From the NCBI RefSeq assembly GCF_018350175.1, contig NC_058368.1, forward strand, positions 233,804,001 to 233,868,000: DNA of 64,000 bases, read 5' to 3'. This DNA is from Felis catus (Eukaryota). Each line of letters opens with the position of its first letter. The stretch's first letter is position 1. Under the pieces are notes generated by a model. It made no database searches and had not been told where the DNA came from. It was given only the letters and a program-made list of their open reading frames with translations. Below are positions 60,151 to 64,000 of the stretch, in pieces. The translations under genes were made by a program, and so were the position numbers.

Positions 60151-62089
60151 CACATACTGACTTAAAGAGGAAGAATAGAATTAGCTCATGAAAGAGTGGC
60201 ATAATTTGAAAAGCAGGGAGAAAGAAAGGATAGTTCACATAATAGGGAAAGAGGCATCATCAAGGCAAGAGATCAGGAAGAGAGGGATATTTATAAGCTA
60301 GCAAGGAGTCTGCTTCGGCCGAGTGGCTGATTCATCTTTGGGAAGAGTATACAATGAATATGAGGCTGGGTGGGAGGATCTATTTTCTTGAATGCTTTGA
60401 AAGCCAGGCAAAGAAATTTGGCTCTGAAATAGGTAGCCATCAAGGTTTTTAAGCTAGAGAGTACTATAAAAATTACAGAATCCAAAGATCATTAGGAAAT
60501 ATACCAGATGGATTGAAAGAGTGAAAATGGAAACAGATGTTGCAGTAATAGAGGTATAAAACAACATCACACTGGAATAGAATAAAAGATGTCTTCTGTA
60601 GAGCTTGGGAATTTTTCCCAAATTATCGCTCATAACCAGTGATGATAAAAGTCACAAGGAATTCTCATAACTGAACAACTAATGACTAGTAATGAGAGTA
60701 CAAATCCAATCTCCTACTGAAAGCAAATTGACTACTAATCTAGCTGTCCCTGGTCCTCAGCAGAATGGAGGCCATCTCAGTGCATTTTGAGCGAGATGGT
60801 TTATTGTGCAGGGCATTCAACATCTGATGATCCAGGGAACCAAAATCCACTCACCCACTTCTAGTGTTTTCCAGTGCTACCGTGGCACATTTCCAAATGT
60901 CAAGTAGGGAGGGGAAGACGACCCGATGGACAAACGCTCAGATTAGTAGTCCACCTCTTGAATTCAGTTTAATGTTCTTTTTTCCAGAAGTATCTCATCC
61001 ATTAGGGAGGTTTCATGGCAGAACATCTGCATTTTATTTCCAGGGAAGACGTATAGAGGTTGATTGTTCATCACATCAACCTTCCAAGTCTCTGACCAGA
61101 TGAATTGTTTGAACTCATTTGAAGCGTTTCTTAATGGCCAAAGGAGAATTGTGTACACGTGGTCAGGCACACAATCTAGGCAGAGTAGGTAAAAGCTATG
61201 AATAATCATTTATAATAGTAAAATCACAGCTTATTTAGGTTTTAAGAGATTTGAGGTTAAGATCACTTTAGTACACGTTCAATAAAGCAGAAGAACAACA
61301 AGAAATGCTTCCGAAGGGAAAGAAAGACAAATACAGGAATGAACAGGACTCGTAGGTTTTTAAATAGCCTATTAAATCTTTCAGCAAGAACCTACTTTAC
61401 GCTGTTAGTCTGGGGAGACTGATTAGATTTCCAGATTCACAGTCAGAATTTTTGTTTTGCAAAAATGAGTGGGTAGAGATGAGTGGATTTTATTGACCTT
61501 CTCCAGCCCAGCTCAATGGCTGCTATAGTTCTTAGGGAAGATCACTGCAGCCCTAATCCACCCCATCACAGGCTGGGAGTTTGACAGTTATGTCAGGACA
61601 CTAGAGCAAACTCTTCCTCCCTCTTATAAAGGTTTCTCACTATATTCTTTCCATGATCTATCAGCGGGATTGCAAACAACAGATTGTCAGGGGGGATGAG
61701 GATCAAAGACCTGGGGAAAGAAAATCATATTGAAAGAAGGGATTTGAAGGAGAGGCTGAAAGCCTCCGAGGCTGAGGGTCATTACACATGCAATGAGGTA
61801 TCGAGACCTACCTTTTCTGGGACTGAAGCATCAATTCCAGGGAAGTCAGGGAAGGTTCTGCGCAGGGGGTGGGCGCCGGTAGGATAGACACGGTTCTGTA
61901 ATCACCAGGTAACTCTCATTGGTGCGCTATTCAGGTTTTGTTTACTATTTGAATACATAAATTTGGAACACCGAATTCTACGAGAGTGCTTAATAATGGT
62001 AACGTTTTTCAGTGACCTGGAAATTTCCAGTTGAAATTGTCTCCTAACTAGTCTTCCCACATCACCCTCCCTCCCCGGCCCCATTTCTG

Positions 62090-62655
62090 TTTTCGACACA
62101 CTCTGGGATCCTTGTACAAGACGCGTCAGACCTCGCTCCTCGCGCTCCTCCCCGACGTCCCGCCAATAGTTTCACGGGCCATGGGGAACAGCAGCTAAGC
62201 CCTTAGAATGTCCCCCAGAGGGATGGAGTGACCCCTGAGGGATGGAGTGGCCCCCGTGTGGTGGGACCACCTACAGCAATCTGGCTCCACCCATTCCCCC
62301 CTGCCTCACTCCACACCAGCCTCACTGGCTCCTCTCTGATCTCGCAAATCAGGCCCACGTTGTCTCAGATGTTGGCACAGACCATTCCCTTGTCCTGTCC
62401 TTCACTTCCCAGACATCCACCTGGCTCCCTCCCACACTTCCTTCTGGTCTTTGTTCAAATACCACCTTCTCAAACCACGCTCCCTCACACCCTCTTTAAA
62501 GGGGCCTCAGAGCCCGACCTGTGCACTCCACTTCTGCCGTAGTCTTTCTGTTTTCCTCCGCAGATCATCCCAACATGATTAATTTGTTTTATCACGGCCA
62601 TTATTTACTGTCAGTTTCTATCTACGAGGAGCAAGGGATCTTTTCTGATGTGCAC
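62090..62655. mobile_element. L2 remnant
   Basis: actccacaccagcctcactggctcctc...ggctccctcccacacttccttc.ggtctttgttcaaat..cacctt...gagcaagggatc. Confidence 0.65.
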
Positions 62656-63629
62656 GACGGCAGGTGGAAATGCAACTGTCAGACTGATCAATTCATTCAT
62701 CTTTTCTTTGCATCCAAGGGACGTACCGATGACGATGTCAGAGGTCAACAAGGAGAGGAACACAATGGAGCCTAAAGTCTGTGCAGGGCTACCTTTAATA
62801 ATGATGGTATCTTCTAGAAGACAAGCTGCTTTTTTGAAGCCGGCTGTCAACATCACAGAAACCTCTGCTTTTGGATCCTGGTTGCCTTTCGGTGTTACTG
62901 GCTGCCTTCCCCCCAGCGGTATTTCCATCACCACCCTCCCTGTCTCACATAAAGAGTAGTGCTCACAAAGTCATGCCAGCCGGCGTCACGTCTCCAGTGT
63001 CTCAGGTTTTTTCCCACGTGAGCACCCGAGCATGCACAGACTTCAGTATGACCGTATGCAGCCTCTGCAAACACAGAGATTCAAGATCGAAGAGGAGTAA
63101 AGCAGCCCCCTCCGTGCGAAAGCTTCAGTAGCACGGGACACGTGCAATGGAAACTGATTTTGTGCGTCACAGTCTACACCACTCGGTCAGGGACTGGCTG
63201 CTACCTGCTCACCTGACTTGCCAGATCTCTGCACCACAGTCTTGACCGCAGCTGATTAGGCTCATTCCTTCAGGAACTCCTTCTTAACTTCTTAAGGGGT
63301 TCTTGAGTGTGTGCAATAATGCCAATATCAAGGATCAGATCTGAGCAACTGAATGTACAACATGCAATGAACTAATGCTAATTGAATGACCATAGCCTTA
63401 AGCACAAATATAACCATCCAGCCCTGGCAACAGAGCGGGTCTGGCACTTGCCTGACTGTTCTATCAGAATGAGAGCCTGGAAAGGGGTTGGGTTTGTCTT
63501 GTTCGTCCCTGGGTCTCTGGGCAGCAGAGCCTAGAAGGGCCTGAGTGACTGTTGCTGAGCGGATAAATCACTCCTCACTTGAGGGAAAGCCAGTGGTCTT
63601 ACCAGTTGAATCCGAATCCACATGGGTTC

Positions 63630-63770
63630 TTGCACTCGGCTCTGTGTGTAACTGCAGGTGAGTTACTTGTGCTTCCTGTGCCTCAGCTTCCTCAACTGTG
63701 ACCTGTGAATAATACTGTTTCCTGTCTCCCAAATAGGTGGTGAGGATGAGCTGTGTAATTATGTGGGGGA
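63630..63770 (+). mobile_element. MIR remnant
   Basis: gagttactt...tgtgcctcagcttcctca.ctgtg...gaataatactg...tgtgaggatga. Confidence 0.7.
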
Positions 63771-64000
63771 CCACTCGGGACCATATTCACTCTTTCTTTC
63801 CCAGTGTTATCTTTAGGGCCACAGAAACCTTTTCGGTGCCCTTTTCAGAAGGCAACCGACATTCTGAGGCCATGAAGCAGGCTTGATGAACAATCGTTAA
63901 TTGGAGGAAAATTGCCAAATGGCCGGCATAGGATTTCTTGCTAGTGTTTCAGTTTCTGCAAAGCTGGCCCTGGCCCCATTCTTGGCGGTTGGCCTTTTTC

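Noticed and set aside
62521..63131. ORF cluster and acceptor-like ttttctttgcatccaag near 62718
   Set aside because: No recognisable product or good donor, and it partly overlaps the L2 remnant.

Overview
This is mammalian nuclear DNA, almost certainly from a felid, judged from dense carnivore tRNA-derived CAN-SINEs of the cat SINEC_Fc type and cat-type L1 3'UTRs. It is not prokaryotic. The window is repeat-rich non-coding sequence (intergenic or deep intronic). I found no convincing protein-coding exon, RNA gene or CRISPR array. The supplied ORFs are short and are explained by SINE/LINE/LTR or low-complexity sequence, or by chance. Content: about 30 CAN-SINEs (many with readable target-site duplications, TSDs), old and young L1 fragments, MaLR/ERV-L/ERV1-like LTRs, a frameshifted ERV-L integrase relic at the left edge, DNA-transposon fossils, MIR/L2 remnants and microsatellites. 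The most notable observations are the integrase fossil, a multi-layer nest in which an orphan L1 5'UTR sits inside a MER47/Tigger5-like element, several SINE-in-SINE and L1-in-SINE nests, closely spaced inverted SINE pairs, an unexplained 47-bp direct repeat 1054 bp apart, and repeat-poor blocks that may be regulatory. I cannot support a novel biological system here. Repeat family names come from remembered consensus sequences, not from a database search. Boundaries of old elements are approximate.
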